From an uncultured virus (IMG/VR IMGVR_UViG_3300038423_000674) (lineage: Duplodnaviria > Heunggongvirae > Uroviricota > Caudoviricetes), in the IMG/VR virus record IMGVR_UViG_3300038423_000674: a stretch of DNA of 64,000 nucleotides. The stretch is one strand, 5' to 3'. The notes below the pieces were generated by a model that was given only the letters and a program-made list of their open reading frames with translations, was not told where the DNA came from and ran no database searches. Position 1 is the stretch's first letter. Each line of letters begins with the position of its first letter. Made by a program: the position numbers and the translations under genes. This document shows positions 48,680-59,300 of this stretch, in pieces.

Positions 48680-49581
48680 TACCTTAGGTTCCTTCCGTCG
48701 TCACTTGAGAGCAACAGCTCCCCCAAATAAGGACTTGAATAGTCGCCACTTTCCGAGGCCGCCTTGGAGAACGCCTCTTTTCCCGAGGCCTCGACCCTGC
48801 TCGTGAAGCGGGTGGCGGGGCCCAGCCACTCGTCCGCCACTATGGACCTCTGCATCGCCCCCGGGAACGCCGGGGTCTGCACCCAGCTGGCCTCCACGAA
48901 CTTCACCCCCCCTCCGGGGAGGGTCCTGTGCCCGCAGAGCTCCGCCACGCGGCGCGGCACCCCGTCGTCGTCCGGCAGGAACGTGCCCTTGTTGAACTGG
49001 AGGTGGTGGCAGTAGCTGCTCGCGTCCGTGACGTGCTGCCCGCAGAAGGAGCATATGACGAGGTCGGTGACGCACCCCATCGACAGGTACTTGACCTTCC
49101 TGCTCCTTATGTCGTCGGCAAGCTTGTGGTGCGAGAGGTCCGTCGCCACGAGGATGTCGACGAAGAAAACGTCGTCCCGGGGGTCCTGGGTGAGGTGTAT
49201 CTTGCGGAGGATGCTGTCGATGACGTGCCCCTTCGCATACTTGCTGTTCTGGAAGTGCTCGACGAAGTTGAATGCCCCCACGAAGCTCTTGTGGGACAGC
49301 TTGAGGACGGAATTCTCCCATGCATCGTCGTTGTTGTTAACGAGATGCGCCGACGCGGGGCGGATCAGGTAGTCGTTGGGCTCGGACTCGCAGGCCACCG
49401 AGCTCATAATGGTGCAATGGCTGAGCAGGTACTTGGTGTGGTCGGCCGCGGTCTTGCAGAAGGGATGCGCCCTGTCGACGGCGCACCCGCGGAAGGCGCG
49501 ATCCCCCCACATCCTCCCCCAGTCGCAGGAAGTCATCGTAGGCTCGAAAAGCACGGCCTGGGCTATCTTCTTGAACGACAT
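48679..49581 (-). CDS. prohead protease with Zn-finger insert
   Basis: NNNDDAW, NFVEH, YLSMGC, CSFCG..CHHL, FVEASWVQTPAFPGA. Confidence 0.75.
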   Translation of the reverse strand: MSFKKIAQAVLFEPTMTSCDWGRMWGDRAFRGCAVDRAHPFCKTAADHTKYLLSHCTIMSSVACESEPNDYLIRPASAHLVNNNDDAWENSVLKLSHKSFVGAFNFVEHFQNSKYAKGHVIDSILRKIHLTQDPRDDVFFVDILVATDLSHHKLADDIRSRKVKYLSMGCVTDLVICSFCGQHVTDASSYCHHLQFNKGTFLPDDDGVPRRVAELCGHRTLPGGGVKFVEASWVQTPAFPGAMQRSIVADEWLGPATRFTSRVEASGKEAFSKAASESGDYSSPYLGELLLSSDDGRNLR

Positions 49582-49618
49582 GGTTCCCTAATATAAGCTT
49601 GCGTAGCCGCCGTGATCC

Positions 49619-52600
49619 CTACTTGGCGAAGAATGCCCCGCAAGTCAGGCATTCCACTAGGTTTCCGCCCTCCACCTCCGGGTCGTCGACGGGCTTGGTC
49701 TTCTGGCCATGGCAGTTCGGGCACACCTCGTTGACCCCTTCCTCGGTCTGGACGGCGACCTTGCTTTTCTTTCGGTACTCGGGCCTCCAGCGGTAGCTGT
49801 CCAGGAGTTCCTCGGCTTGTTCCGGATTGAGCTTGTCCTCGAACTCGACCCCCTGAATCTCGATTTCCACGGTTTGCAGCCCTGGGTTGTTGCGCAAGGC
49901 CTCCTTGACCACTTCCCGAACTCTCGGGGAGTCTACTTGGATGTCGAAGGCGACGAAAGGCGGAGTGCAAATGACCCGGACCGCCGATTCGAAGCCTTCT
50001 TCAAGGTGGCTTTTGTCCACTGCTACGGGAACGAAGTCGCCTTCCGGGGTAAGCCACCCATTCTGATCGATGATGATGGGCCCGCAGCGCTTGGTCGGCC
50101 CCCCTCCCGCCTGCTTGGAGACCATATTGTCCCCGATGAACTTCCTCACGGACTGCGGCAGCCCGTCCAGGTCGCCCTTCTTGTCCATCTCCGCCACGAT
50201 GGTATGGTAGGCCCACGTGTTCCTGGGCCTTGCCTTGAGCGCCAGCCCCAGCTCGGCGAGCGCCTCCTCCTCGTTCCCCTCATGGGCGAGGGCCACCCCG
50301 AGCCTGAAGTGGGCGGGCCCGTGGTAGGGGTTGGAGCGGACGGAGGAGCGCAGCGCCTCCGTCGCATCGTTCTGCCTGCCCTCGTCCCACAGCCTGCATG
50401 CCTCGTCGTACTGCTTCTTCGCCCCGATGGGATCCCAGTCGGAGGCCTTCTTGGCCCCCCGTATCCTCATCTCCTGGAGGAACCTCCTGTCCTCGTCGGT
50501 GAGGTCCAGGTACGACGCCGGGTCGGCATGGGGATGGAAGGTCCGCATGTGGTCTTTCATATACAGCTTGCTTATTATCGCCCCGCATCCCGGCTCCTGG
50601 CACCGGTCGTGGGTGCCCCTCTCCACGAGGTCATTAAGCTCCCCACCCCCGGACGGCCCCGAGGCCTTCCCACAACTCTGGGCATGCCGCCGAATCTCAT
50701 CGTCCGTCCAATCCGTCTGGTTCTGCCAGCAAACGGGGCAATGCACCTGCGGTCCGGAAGGAGCCGGGAAATCCGTCTTTTCTATCGGCCTCCCGTACAG
50801 GGTGCCGAGGTCGGGTATCGGCCCCCTGTCGTCCTCGTCGTCCTCGTCGTCCTCCTCGGCGCTGCCCGCCCCCTTGCTCACCGGGATGGGAATCCTGTCC
50901 TCCTCGTCCACGAGCGACGGGTCGAGGTGCTTCCTGAGCTCGGTGCGGGGCGGCAGCAGGTCGGGTGACTCGTGGATTTCCACCTTCGACTCTAGGGCCG
51001 ACATCTTCTCCTGGAGCTGCCTGACTATCTCGCTGACCATGCTGTCCTGGTCGGCGACGTTCTGCGGAACGCCAGGCGGGGCATTGGGATCGACCGACAG
51101 GGACTGGCCTCGTTGGTAGGGCCGCCCCTGCCGCCCTTGCTGCTGCGTTTGCTGCTGTTCCTGCTGCACGGGCCCGGCTGGGTGCTGGGCACTCTGTTGG
51201 GCTGGCTGCTGGGCGGGCTGCTGGAACGAAGCGGGGTGGGTGGGCTGGTCGCCGGGCGCGGGCTGCCCCACGCCGTTCGCCGTCCCGCCGATGGGAGTGC
51301 CAGCGCCGTAGGACTTCGTGGTGGCCTGCTTGGGCTTTGGGGTGCCCACCATTGCCACCAGTTTAGATCCTTCTTGTAGGGGAACCGACTTGCTGCCTAC
51401 GGACCACCCAGCATTTTGCGACCGAATGTTCCTTGCCCCCTCGGGCGAAAAGAATATGTAGGCCGTCCCCAAGATGCCGGATGCCATCTTGGCAGCCTCC
51501 TCAATGACGTCGTCCGGGATGTCGTTCCACTCGCCGACGAACACCTTTCCTATGGCCTCGGCGGCCTGTCTACTATCCCATTCCGCCTTTTTGAGGAGGG
51601 CCGAGACGAACGGGCGCAAGCGCCTGCTCCTGGAGGGATGGCGCAGCTTGCGCAGGGCCTTTGCCTCGATCTGGCGTATCCGCTCCCTGTTAACCGCAAA
51701 CTCATTCCCTATTTCCTCAGGGGTGGCCCCGCCCCTTCCGTCCAGGTTGAACCGCCTTTCGATGACTTTCTGCTCGCGAGGGGTCAGCGTGCCCAGGACT
51801 CCTCTTATCGCCTCCCTGAGCTCCTCCCTGTCGAAGGCGACGCCGATGTCCTCGTCCAGGGGAACGATACCCCAATCCTCCGTTTCCTGGAAAGAAATGG
51901 TATCTACCTTTTCTTTCTTCCCCCCGCCCCATTTCGTCAGCCTTTCCCGTTCGGCATCGGTCAGGGAGGGGTCCCCGAAATGCTTCCCCGTCGACTTCTC
52001 CCATTCCAGGATCGCCCTGGTTATGGGGTAGTCCTTCATCCGCTTGCCGGGCAGGCGCTCGACCGGAATCCAGCGAGGGTCCATGCCCTTGCTTTTTATG
52101 TAGGCAACCAGGTCCGGGTCGGCGCTGGGCGGGGCGTCCCCGCCCCGTTCGGTGCCCTCCTCGCTCTCCTTGAAGAACGTGGCGGTCTCGGGGTCCGGCT
52201 CCTTGAGGAGCGGGCTGACGGGCGTCACCCTCTTGGTAAACTCCTCGACGGGCTCATGGGCGAAATCCCTGGCGTCCTCGGCAGCCATGCGGTCGAGGGC
52301 CAGCGCCGTCCTGCGGATGCTCCCCTTCCGTATCCTGCCGAAATGGGCAAGGACCTCGGCCGCCCTGTAGGACGGCTCCGAGGGCCGGGAGGCCGCCTTC
52401 GCCTTGAATCCCTTGCATTCGCAGCCGCGTCCTTCGCTCTTGCAGCCGAAGTCCCCCTTGTCCCAGTGCTCGTGCCACATGTGCCCGCAGACGCAGACGG
52501 AGGAGTCGGCGTGCTTGGCGGATCCGTGCTTGGTGCCCTCCACCTCCGTCCCCTTCTGGCCGAACGGCATGTCGTACTCCGGGTCGGCATGGTGCTGGTG

Positions 52601-52726
52601 AGCGGCGTACCCCGGGTCGTCTATGAGGTTTTCCTTGGTGACGAGGTCGATGCCCCCCACCCCTTCCCCGATTCCGGGAACTGGGAGCAAAGCGGACTTC
52701 TTGAGCAAGAGAGAGCTGGAAGCCAT
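49619..52726 (-). CDS. 1035-aa modular polyprotein (Zn fingers, RpoD-like sigma region 4, Gln-rich linker, TPR, Zn ribbon)
   Basis: [13 protein letters not shown]...[44 protein letters not shown]; several CxxC motifs. Confidence 0.75.
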   Translation of the reverse strand: MASSSLLLKKSALLPVPGIGEGVGGIDLVTKENLIDDPGYAAHQHHADPEYDMPFGQKGTEVEGTKHGSAKHADSSVCVCGHMWHEHWDKGDFGCKSEGRGCECKGFKAKAASRPSEPSYRAAEVLAHFGRIRKGSIRRTALALDRMAAEDARDFAHEPVEEFTKRVTPVSPLLKEPDPETATFFKESEEGTERGGDAPPSADPDLVAYIKSKGMDPRWIPVERLPGKRMKDYPITRAILEWEKSTGKHFGDPSLTDAERERLTKWGGGKKEKVDTISFQETEDWGIVPLDEDIGVAFDREELREAIRGVLGTLTPREQKVIERRFNLDGRGGATPEEIGNEFAVNRERIRQIEAKALRKLRHPSRSRRLRPFVSALLKKAEWDSRQAAEAIGKVFVGEWNDIPDDVIEEAAKMASGILGTAYIFFSPEGARNIRSQNAGWSVGSKSVPLQEGSKLVAMVGTPKPKQATTKSYGAGTPIGGTANGVGQPAPGDQPTHPASFQQPAQQPAQQSAQHPAGPVQQEQQQTQQQGRQGRPYQRGQSLSVDPNAPPGVPQNVADQDSMVSEIVRQLQEKMSALESKVEIHESPDLLPPRTELRKHLDPSLVDEEDRIPIPVSKGAGSAEEDDEDDEDDRGPIPDLGTLYGRPIEKTDFPAPSGPQVHCPVCWQNQTDWTDDEIRRHAQSCGKASGPSGGGELNDLVERGTHDRCQEPGCGAIISKLYMKDHMRTFHPHADPASYLDLTDEDRRFLQEMRIRGAKKASDWDPIGAKKQYDEACRLWDEGRQNDATEALRSSVRSNPYHGPAHFRLGVALAHEGNEEEALAELGLALKARPRNTWAYHTIVAEMDKKGDLDGLPQSVRKFIGDNMVSKQAGGGPTKRCGPIIIDQNGWLTPEGDFVPVAVDKSHLEEGFESAVRVICTPPFVAFDIQVDSPRVREVVKEALRNNPGLQTVEIEIQGVEFEDKLNPEQAEELLDSYRWRPEYRKKSKVAVQTEEGVNEVCPNCHGQKTKPVDDPEVEGGNLVECLTCGAFFAK

Positions 52727-52799
52727 ATTCGCCTTTCACATAAAGCATCGGATAGACACGGATTTCTGACGAAAAACCGGTATTGCATCCGATGAGCCC

Positions 52800-53168
52800 A
52801 TGAGCACACGGGACCTGACCAAGAAAAGCGCCATGCGGGCCGTCCAGGAAGCCCTGTCGGACGACCTGATGAGCCCGGAATGGCTGGAGAAAAGGAAGCC
52901 GGGCGACCACTTCACCTTCGGGCACTGCTATCTTGCCGCCGAAACCCTGTTCCACATATGGGGAAGGCAAAGGGGATACGTCCTGGTGGTCCTGAGCGGC
53001 CCGGGATGGACCCACTGGTTCCTGGCCAGGGACGACGGAAGTATAGCCGACCCCACGGCGGGGCAGTGGAAGGACGAGCGCATTCCCTACGAGAAGGGGA
53101 GGAGGACGGGGTTCCTCACCAAGCATCCGTCGAAGAGATACAAGATGCTCATGACCTCGACACAATAA
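52800..53168 (+). CDS. small papain/transglutaminase-like protein
   Basis: Putative Cys-His-Asp triad GHCYLAAE, THWFL, ADPTAGQ. Confidence 0.55.
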   Translation: MSTRDLTKKSAMRAVQEALSDDLMSPEWLEKRKPGDHFTFGHCYLAAETLFHIWGRQRGYVLVVLSGPGWTHWFLARDDGSIADPTAGQWKDERIPYEKGRRTGFLTKHPSKRYKMLMTSTQ

Positions 53169-53261
53169 GCTAAAAATGGTACAACAGAATAGGCTAAGAA
53201 TGGAACGACACAACAGGATGCGGGCCATGTGCCCGTCCCGTCCTTGACTAAAGGCCCGTCT

Positions 53262-53954
53262 CTACGAAATCGAGTACAGCAGGCTGCGCCCGGTGGCGTC
53301 GCCAGCGTTCATGCCGCTGTCCAGGAACTCGCCGTAGACCGTGCCGGACACGTCGAAGATGTCCGTCACCGACACGGTGACGTTCTCGTTCACGGCGGCG
53401 GTCTCGATGGCGTACCCCGTCGTATAGTTGCTGATCCAGCAACCCTCGTACACTGTGGCCACGGCGAACAGGCCCGGGTTGCCGAGGTTGTTGAGGCCGC
53501 CCTCGTTCGGGATGTCGGCCTTGGTAAGGTCGGGGGTCCCCCCGCCCGTCCCGGCCGCGTTGGCGGGATCCTCGGAGGCGAGCTGGCTGAACACGATCTC
53601 GGTCTTGATGTCGAAGGGCCACCTGTGGTGGCGGATGGAGCGTACGCCGCCGCTCACGCCCGCCTTGTAGCCCAGCACCTGCATGATGTTGGCCAGGTAG
53701 AGGCACGTGCGCTGGATGGTGATGCTCAGCGGCTCGGTGACGCCGGGCACCAGCTCGGCGATCTGATCGCCGTAGCCTAGCCCGCGGATGGCCTCGACCG
53801 TGCGCGTCTCGGAAATCTGGAAGGAGGACGTCACGCCCAGCTTCACGAACTTCCCGACGCCCACGACGTCGGTGAAAATCTTGAAGCGGGAGCTGATGAC
53901 GGCTTCCGTCTGGGGGCTCGCCCCCTGCTGATAGATGTAACCACCCTGCGCCAT
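53262..53954 (-). CDS. tail tube protein
   Basis: ETRTVEAIRGLG..IAELVPG, PFDIK, YEGCWIS; lies downstream of the sheath gene. Confidence 0.8.
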   Translation of the reverse strand: MAQGGYIYQQGASPQTEAVISSRFKIFTDVVGVGKFVKLGVTSSFQISETRTVEAIRGLGYGDQIAELVPGVTEPLSITIQRTCLYLANIMQVLGYKAGVSGGVRSIRHHRWPFDIKTEIVFSQLASEDPANAAGTGGGTPDLTKADIPNEGGLNNLGNPGLFAVATVYEGCWISNYTTGYAIETAAVNENVTVSVTDIFDVSGTVYGEFLDSGMNAGDATGRSLLYSIS

Positions 53955-54037
53955 TGTCTTCCTCCTGAAAGCCGACCTATACGGGCGGCATCCTACTCAA
54001 ATCCCTGAAAGTCCCTTTCCTTGCAATCGCCGCTACG

Positions 54038-55888
54038 TTACTCCGCCGCCGCGAGCGACAGGTCGTCGAGCAGCGACCCTTTCTTCTTCTTCCCCTTCTC
54101 CTTCTGCTTGACGGCGTCCTCTTCGGCCTGCTCCTGCATCTGCTGCTTGCCCAGGACCTTGGCGGCCTGCCCGAGCAGGTCGTACGCCCGGTAGATGGCC
54201 TCGACCGCCTCCCGGACGGGCCGGGAGTCGTTGGCTTCGGTCACTTCCTTGGCGTCGAGGTACATTTCCTTGAGCCGCTCGGCCAGCTTCTCCACCTGCT
54301 TGAGCGCCTTGGAGGCGCTGACCTCGTCGGCGGCGACGACGTTCTTGCCCGTCGCCGAGATGTTCCCCCCCTGTGCCTCGGGGCTGGTGAACAGGACGCT
54401 CCCGCAATCGGCGCAGCGGGTCAGTCCTTTGGACGTCTTCGTGTGAGCATCCTTGTGGCATTTCGTGCAGTACATCGTGTCCGCCGCGAACTTGGAGGGC
54501 AGCTCCGTGGCGGGGCGGTCCAGCTTCGCCGGGCCCTCGTCCTCCAGCCCGTGCGCCTCGGCGATCTCGGGCGTCCTGCCGCCGTCCTCCTTGACCTTCA
54601 GGGTGTCCTCGTTGTGGACGAACCAGGAACCGCCCTGGCCGGTGGCGAGCTTGAGGTAATGGTCGGCAAGCTCCTTGCGCATCGCCGCCTGGGCCTCCTT
54701 GAAGCTGCTCCCCTTGAACTTGTCCCCCTTGTTCTTCATGTACCATGCAAGCGCGAACGGGTTGTCGATGTCGGGGTCCTTCTTCATCTCCTTCACGGCG
54801 TGCTCCGCCCCCGGGGGGGCCACGGCGACCTTCCCGGTCGCCTCCTTCTCTGCCGATGCCATGTTGAGGCCTCCGAATACCTTCCTGTCCACCCCATCAT
54901 CCCCAAGGGGGTCGTCCCCGCGCTCCTCCGAGAGTATGTCCTCGTCCCGCGAGACTTGGCCCGGCACGCCGTGCTCCTCGGCCATCTCCTCCGCCGTCCG
55001 CCTGGCGGCCTCAAGGATTCCCTCGAAGGGCACCGCCGTGGGGTCGTTGGACGGCAGAGAGGCCATGGAATCCTGCGGGTGGTTCCCGGCGTTGTACTCG
55101 TCGACTATCTCTCCCCCCGCCATGATGAACACCGTGTAGCCGTTCGGAGAGGCGTCGTATACGACGTGCGTGACCTTCTTGCCCGGGACCGCGCCGATCG
55201 CGGCGGCCTTCGGGGCGGGCTCGGGGGCGGCCTCCACGGGGCGTCCCTTGAGCTCCTTGGCGGCCTGCTCGACGAGCGCCAGGGCGGCCTTGTCGTTGAG
55301 TTCCACGTCGGCCAGGGCCTTGACTACCTTGCTGAGCGCATCGCTGGACATCTGGTGGACGTCCACCGATCCGTCGGGCCCGGCTGCTGGCACTGGAGGA
55401 GGAGGGGGAGGCGGCGTCGCTGCAGGGGCTGCGCCCGGTGCTGCGGGCTGCGCAGTCTTTTTCGTCGCCAAGCGAGGGACTTCCGCCTTCTCCGGGGCCT
55501 TGGCTTTGTCTTCCTTGTCCCTGTCGGTGACCCACGGGTCGCTGCCGGAGGACGCCGCCACGGCCTGCGGGGCCTTGGGCGGCATTTCCGTCTGCTTCAC
55601 GGTGGTGCGGAACTGCCCGGCAAGCTGGCCGATCCAGTTCACGTATTTCTTGGCGGTCTGGGCATACCGGGGGCTTGCGGCGTCGTCCAGGGACCTTTCC
55701 GCGTCCGTGCCCAGTGCAAGGATGTCGGAAAGCCATGCGGTGGCGGCATGGAGCTGCTCCAAACGGGCGTCGTTGGTCGACTGGAGGATGGGCTCCAGCT
55801 TGTAGGCTTCCTGGACGGCCTGCCTGAGCGTGTCGAGGCTGACCAGCAGCTTTGCCTTCTTGCGACGGGCTATCAGGTTGGATTTCAT
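54038..55888 (-). CDS. multidomain head-associated protein with K-x-A-separated modules
   Basis: KTA, KAA, KEA, KVA, KLA and KFA linkers; DNPFALAW module; Zn ribbon CTKC..CADC. Confidence 0.7.
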   Translation of the reverse strand: MKSNLIARRKKAKLLVSLDTLRQAVQEAYKLEPILQSTNDARLEQLHAATAWLSDILALGTDAERSLDDAASPRYAQTAKKYVNWIGQLAGQFRTTVKQTEMPPKAPQAVAASSGSDPWVTDRDKEDKAKAPEKAEVPRLATKKTAQPAAPGAAPAATPPPPPPPVPAAGPDGSVDVHQMSSDALSKVVKALADVELNDKAALALVEQAAKELKGRPVEAAPEPAPKAAAIGAVPGKKVTHVVYDASPNGYTVFIMAGGEIVDEYNAGNHPQDSMASLPSNDPTAVPFEGILEAARRTAEEMAEEHGVPGQVSRDEDILSEERGDDPLGDDGVDRKVFGGLNMASAEKEATGKVAVAPPGAEHAVKEMKKDPDIDNPFALAWYMKNKGDKFKGSSFKEAQAAMRKELADHYLKLATGQGGSWFVHNEDTLKVKEDGGRTPEIAEAHGLEDEGPAKLDRPATELPSKFAADTMYCTKCHKDAHTKTSKGLTRCADCGSVLFTSPEAQGGNISATGKNVVAADEVSASKALKQVEKLAERLKEMYLDAKEVTEANDSRPVREAVEAIYRAYDLLGQAAKVLGKQQMQEQAEEDAVKQKEKGKKKKGSLLDDLSLAAAE

Positions 55889-55897
55889 CCTTCTCTC

Positions 55898-56344
55898 CTA
55901 AATGGTCGCCGGAGACAGGACCGGGACCAACGACTGGTTCCTTAGCGCCGTCATGGCGGCCCTGATCGCCGAGATCATGGCGTTGTACCACACTATCGCC
56001 GCCTGGCTCGGGTTCGGCGTTATGCAGTCGAGCGGCCCCTGCGTCGGCGCGGGCTGGTTCGGATTCCCGGGGGGTGGCTGCGGGAGGGCCAGCATGAACC
56101 TCACTTGGCTCCCCGACATTTCCGTCGTTATCCCGACGTAGTCCTGGTTGGACGGGAAGGTGAAGGTGAAGGACGGGTTGGACGGGTCGGTGAAGGTCCC
56201 GTTCCCCACGAGGGAAATCTGCGGGTCACCCAGCCCGGCGATCTTGGCCTTGTCCGAGGCATCGGCCGGGTCTCCCACGAACAGGGCCTGGAGGCTTATC
56301 ATGATGACCCCGCTGGCCTGTGTAACTACAGGATTCACTTGCAT
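55898..56344 (-). CDS. virion protein downstream of the sheath gene
   Basis: 148 aa ORF in the structural operon. Confidence 0.6.
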   Translation of the reverse strand: MQVNPVVTQASGVIMISLQALFVGDPADASDKAKIAGLGDPQISLVGNGTFTDPSNPSFTFTFPSNQDYVGITTEMSGSQVRFMLALPQPPPGNPNQPAPTQGPLDCITPNPSQAAIVWYNAMISAIRAAMTALRNQSLVPVLSPATI

Positions 56345-56358
56345 TCCCTCACCTTTTC

Positions 56359-56390
56359 GAGGGGGAAAAGGTAGGTGCCTTTTCCCCCTC
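56359..56390. terminator. 13-bp perfect hairpin after the sheath gene
   Basis: GAGGGGGAAAAGG-taggtg-CCTTTTCCCCCTC; T-tract only on the + strand side. Confidence 0.6.
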
Positions 56391-56396
56391 TTTTCC

Positions 56397-59300
56397 TTAC
56401 AGGCTCGTCGTGACCGTGAAGGTCACGCTGATGTAGAGCAACGAGAACATGGGCTTGAACGTCACCGTGACGTCCACCGTGGTCGGGTCGTCCGGGTCCT
56501 CGACCACGTTCAGGGCCTTGTACCCGGAGATGATCTGGTTGTTGATGAGCGAGTTCAGCCGGGAGTAGCAGACGACGCTGATGTCCGTGGTCAGCCCGTC
56601 CACCAGCTTGCGCCCGATGAACTGCTTGAGGTCGGCCCTGAACAACTGGCAGACGTAGTCCGTGACCGTCGTGCAGGTCGGCTCGGACGTGATGGGGTTG
56701 CTCGGGTCCGTGCTCTTGTAGTGCCGGACGAAGAGCGCCCCGTTGTTGTTGGTCAGGCAGACCAGGCCGTCGGCCGCCATCAGGTTCATGGTCGTGTCGT
56801 CGTACTGGACGAGCAGCCTGGAGAACCCGACGAGGGATTGTTCGGTCAGCGTCGTGGCCACGTCGTTCGACGGGTTGAGGTTGAGGCCCGCCAGCGCCGC
56901 CGCCATGAACTCGCCCGACACGGAGTACTCGATGCCGACCCCGGTCTGGGAGTCGGTGAGCACCACCGCCGCGGCGGGCATCCCGATGGCGATCATGCGG
57001 GCGTTCTTGACTGCCCGGGCGTTGGCACGCGCCGTGCTGGCGTCGGTGTAGAGGCTGTACCCCACGAAGCCGATGGCCTCGCCCTTGTTCCTGACGCCCG
57101 CCTGCGTGATGAGGAACCTGCTGAGGAACTGATGGACCGACGTGCTCGTGCTCAGGGGCACGACGACGGCCGCCTTCTGCGTGCTTCCCGGCAGCGCCAC
57201 GGCAAGGCTTTGTATGGCGGAGATGAAGTCCGCGTCCGAGGCCGTGTTGAACCCGGCCTGCTTCGGCACCTGGATGACCCCGAACTGCTGGGCCCCGTTC
57301 TGCGTGAGGAGCTGGATTCCCAGGGACACCCGGTTGACCGTGCTGGGCTGCCCGTAGACGGCGTAGGCGTCCTCCGGTGTGTCGTAGAGCTTGATGGTCA
57401 TGTCGGAGGCGGCCTTGGCGACCGTGAACGACACGTAGTAGAACTCACCCACCAGCGGCTCGTTCCCCGACTTGTTGAAGGTGTCGATTATGGCGGTGTC
57501 CCCGACGTTGGCCCCGAAGTTCGTGGCCACCTTGGTCGTGAGGCCCGGGATGGCGACGAGGTTGTTCGGCTCCGCGTTGCCGTAGGGGAAGTATGCCGAC
57601 CCGGTGTGGCGGACGGCCTCGCTGCTGATGACGAAGGTCAGCGTGTCCCCCGGACGGAAGGCGTACTGCGGGGAGGGAAGCGTGGTGTAGCCGTAGCCGA
57701 GCGCCTCCTGCGGGTCGACGATGGTGAACTTGAGCGCCGTGCTGGCGTCGATGTAGGTCTGCCCGAGGTACCCCGTGCCCGCGGAGCCCTTGGGGGCCGC
57801 CGAGGACGTGACCAGGTAGCGGTCGGCGTACGGCTCGGTGACGGCGTCCTGCCCGTCCGACAGGTTCAGGGGGGCGGCCGTCTGCACCAGGACGGATCCC
57901 GTGTTGCCGGGCGCGAGCGATGCGAGTATGCTGATTCCCGACACGGTCACGGGGAACTGCGCCGCCGCGGCGGCCTGGGTGATGGACCCCCTTATCGTCA
58001 CCTTGCTCCCGTTGACGAGGGGTGCCCCGCTTCCCGTGGTGTCGAAGGCGACCTGGACGGAATTCCCGGCCGCCCCGGGGGACGATGCCGTGAAGACGAT
58101 CCCCTGGGCGGTCAGCGTCGCCTGCGTGGCGGGGATGCTGATGTTGGACAGGCCGTCGTCCTGGAAGGCCAGCGTCACGACCTCGTCAATCGACCCGGGC
58201 TCGGCCCAGAGGTCGGAGAAGGCGCTCGGCCATACGATGCCGGTGGTGTTGAAGTTGGTGTCGGTGACTATGTTGGTCCCGTTGGTCGCCACGGGCAGGA
58301 CGCGCCCGATCTCGTCCTTGATGGAATAGGTGCCCTGCCCCGGGATGCCGGGGCTCTTGACCGCCACGGTGTAGCTGTGGTCGTTCAGGGTGTTGCGCCA
58401 GTAGGTGGCGTACACGCCCTGCCCCGCCGTCGGCGGGACGTACAGGGAGAACGCCCCCGTGCTCCCCGAGAGGGAGACGACCCTTACCGCCCCTGCGGTG
58501 AGGGCCGACACCGGGTCGGCCCCGACGTACACGGCGATCCTGCTGGGGTCGTCGGTCGGGCGGGACAGCCCGCTGCCGTCGACCGGCACGTCCGGAAGGA
58601 CGAAGGCCAGGTTGCTGCCGTTGACCGAGCCGTGGCACGGGCGGAGGTAGACCTTCTCGTCCACCAGCGCGGTGGTGATCTGCGCCGGGCCGAACGGGGT
58701 GTAGCCGGTCGTGGAGGTGCCGACCTCCGTGGTGGTGCTGGCCCCCCAGTTGATCGTCCCGTTGCCGTTGGCGTCGGTGCCGAGGACGAAGTCGGTGTCC
58801 TCGATGAAGTCGCTGCGGTCCGGCCCCAGCCCGACTTCCGTGATGCTGGCCACGTTGCTGGCCGGCAGCAGGTCGTAGGTGTTCTGGTAGGTGTTGGTGT
58901 AGTAGGTGGCGGCAAGCGTGGAGCCGTACGTCACCGGGTTGAGCAAAGTCACCAGCCCGTGGACGCCGTCGACCGCCCGGACCTTGGCACTTGCCCCATT
59001 GACGAGCACGGCGACCTTGGTCGGGTCGGTGGTGACGACGCCCCCGTTGCTGCCGTCCACGATGGGGACGTGCTTGACCTTGAAGACCATGTTGCTGTTC
59101 GGGCCCGCGCCGCCCGAGAAGTGCGTCGCCGTCATGGTGCTGAGCGGGAAGGCGGTGGGCGGGGAGGTGGTGACGGGGGCCGGGACGGTCGCCGTCAGGT
59201 AGCCCGCATCCAGGGTCGGTATCCCGGCCTGGACGAGGCTGTAGAGGTCCTCGATGTCCCGGACGCTGCCGTCGGTCTTGCGGATGTCAATGGAGATGGA

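Noticed and set aside
49619..52726. Calling the 1035-aa ORF a sigma factor (rpoD)
   Set aside because: Only region 4 is recognisable; regions 1-3 are not.
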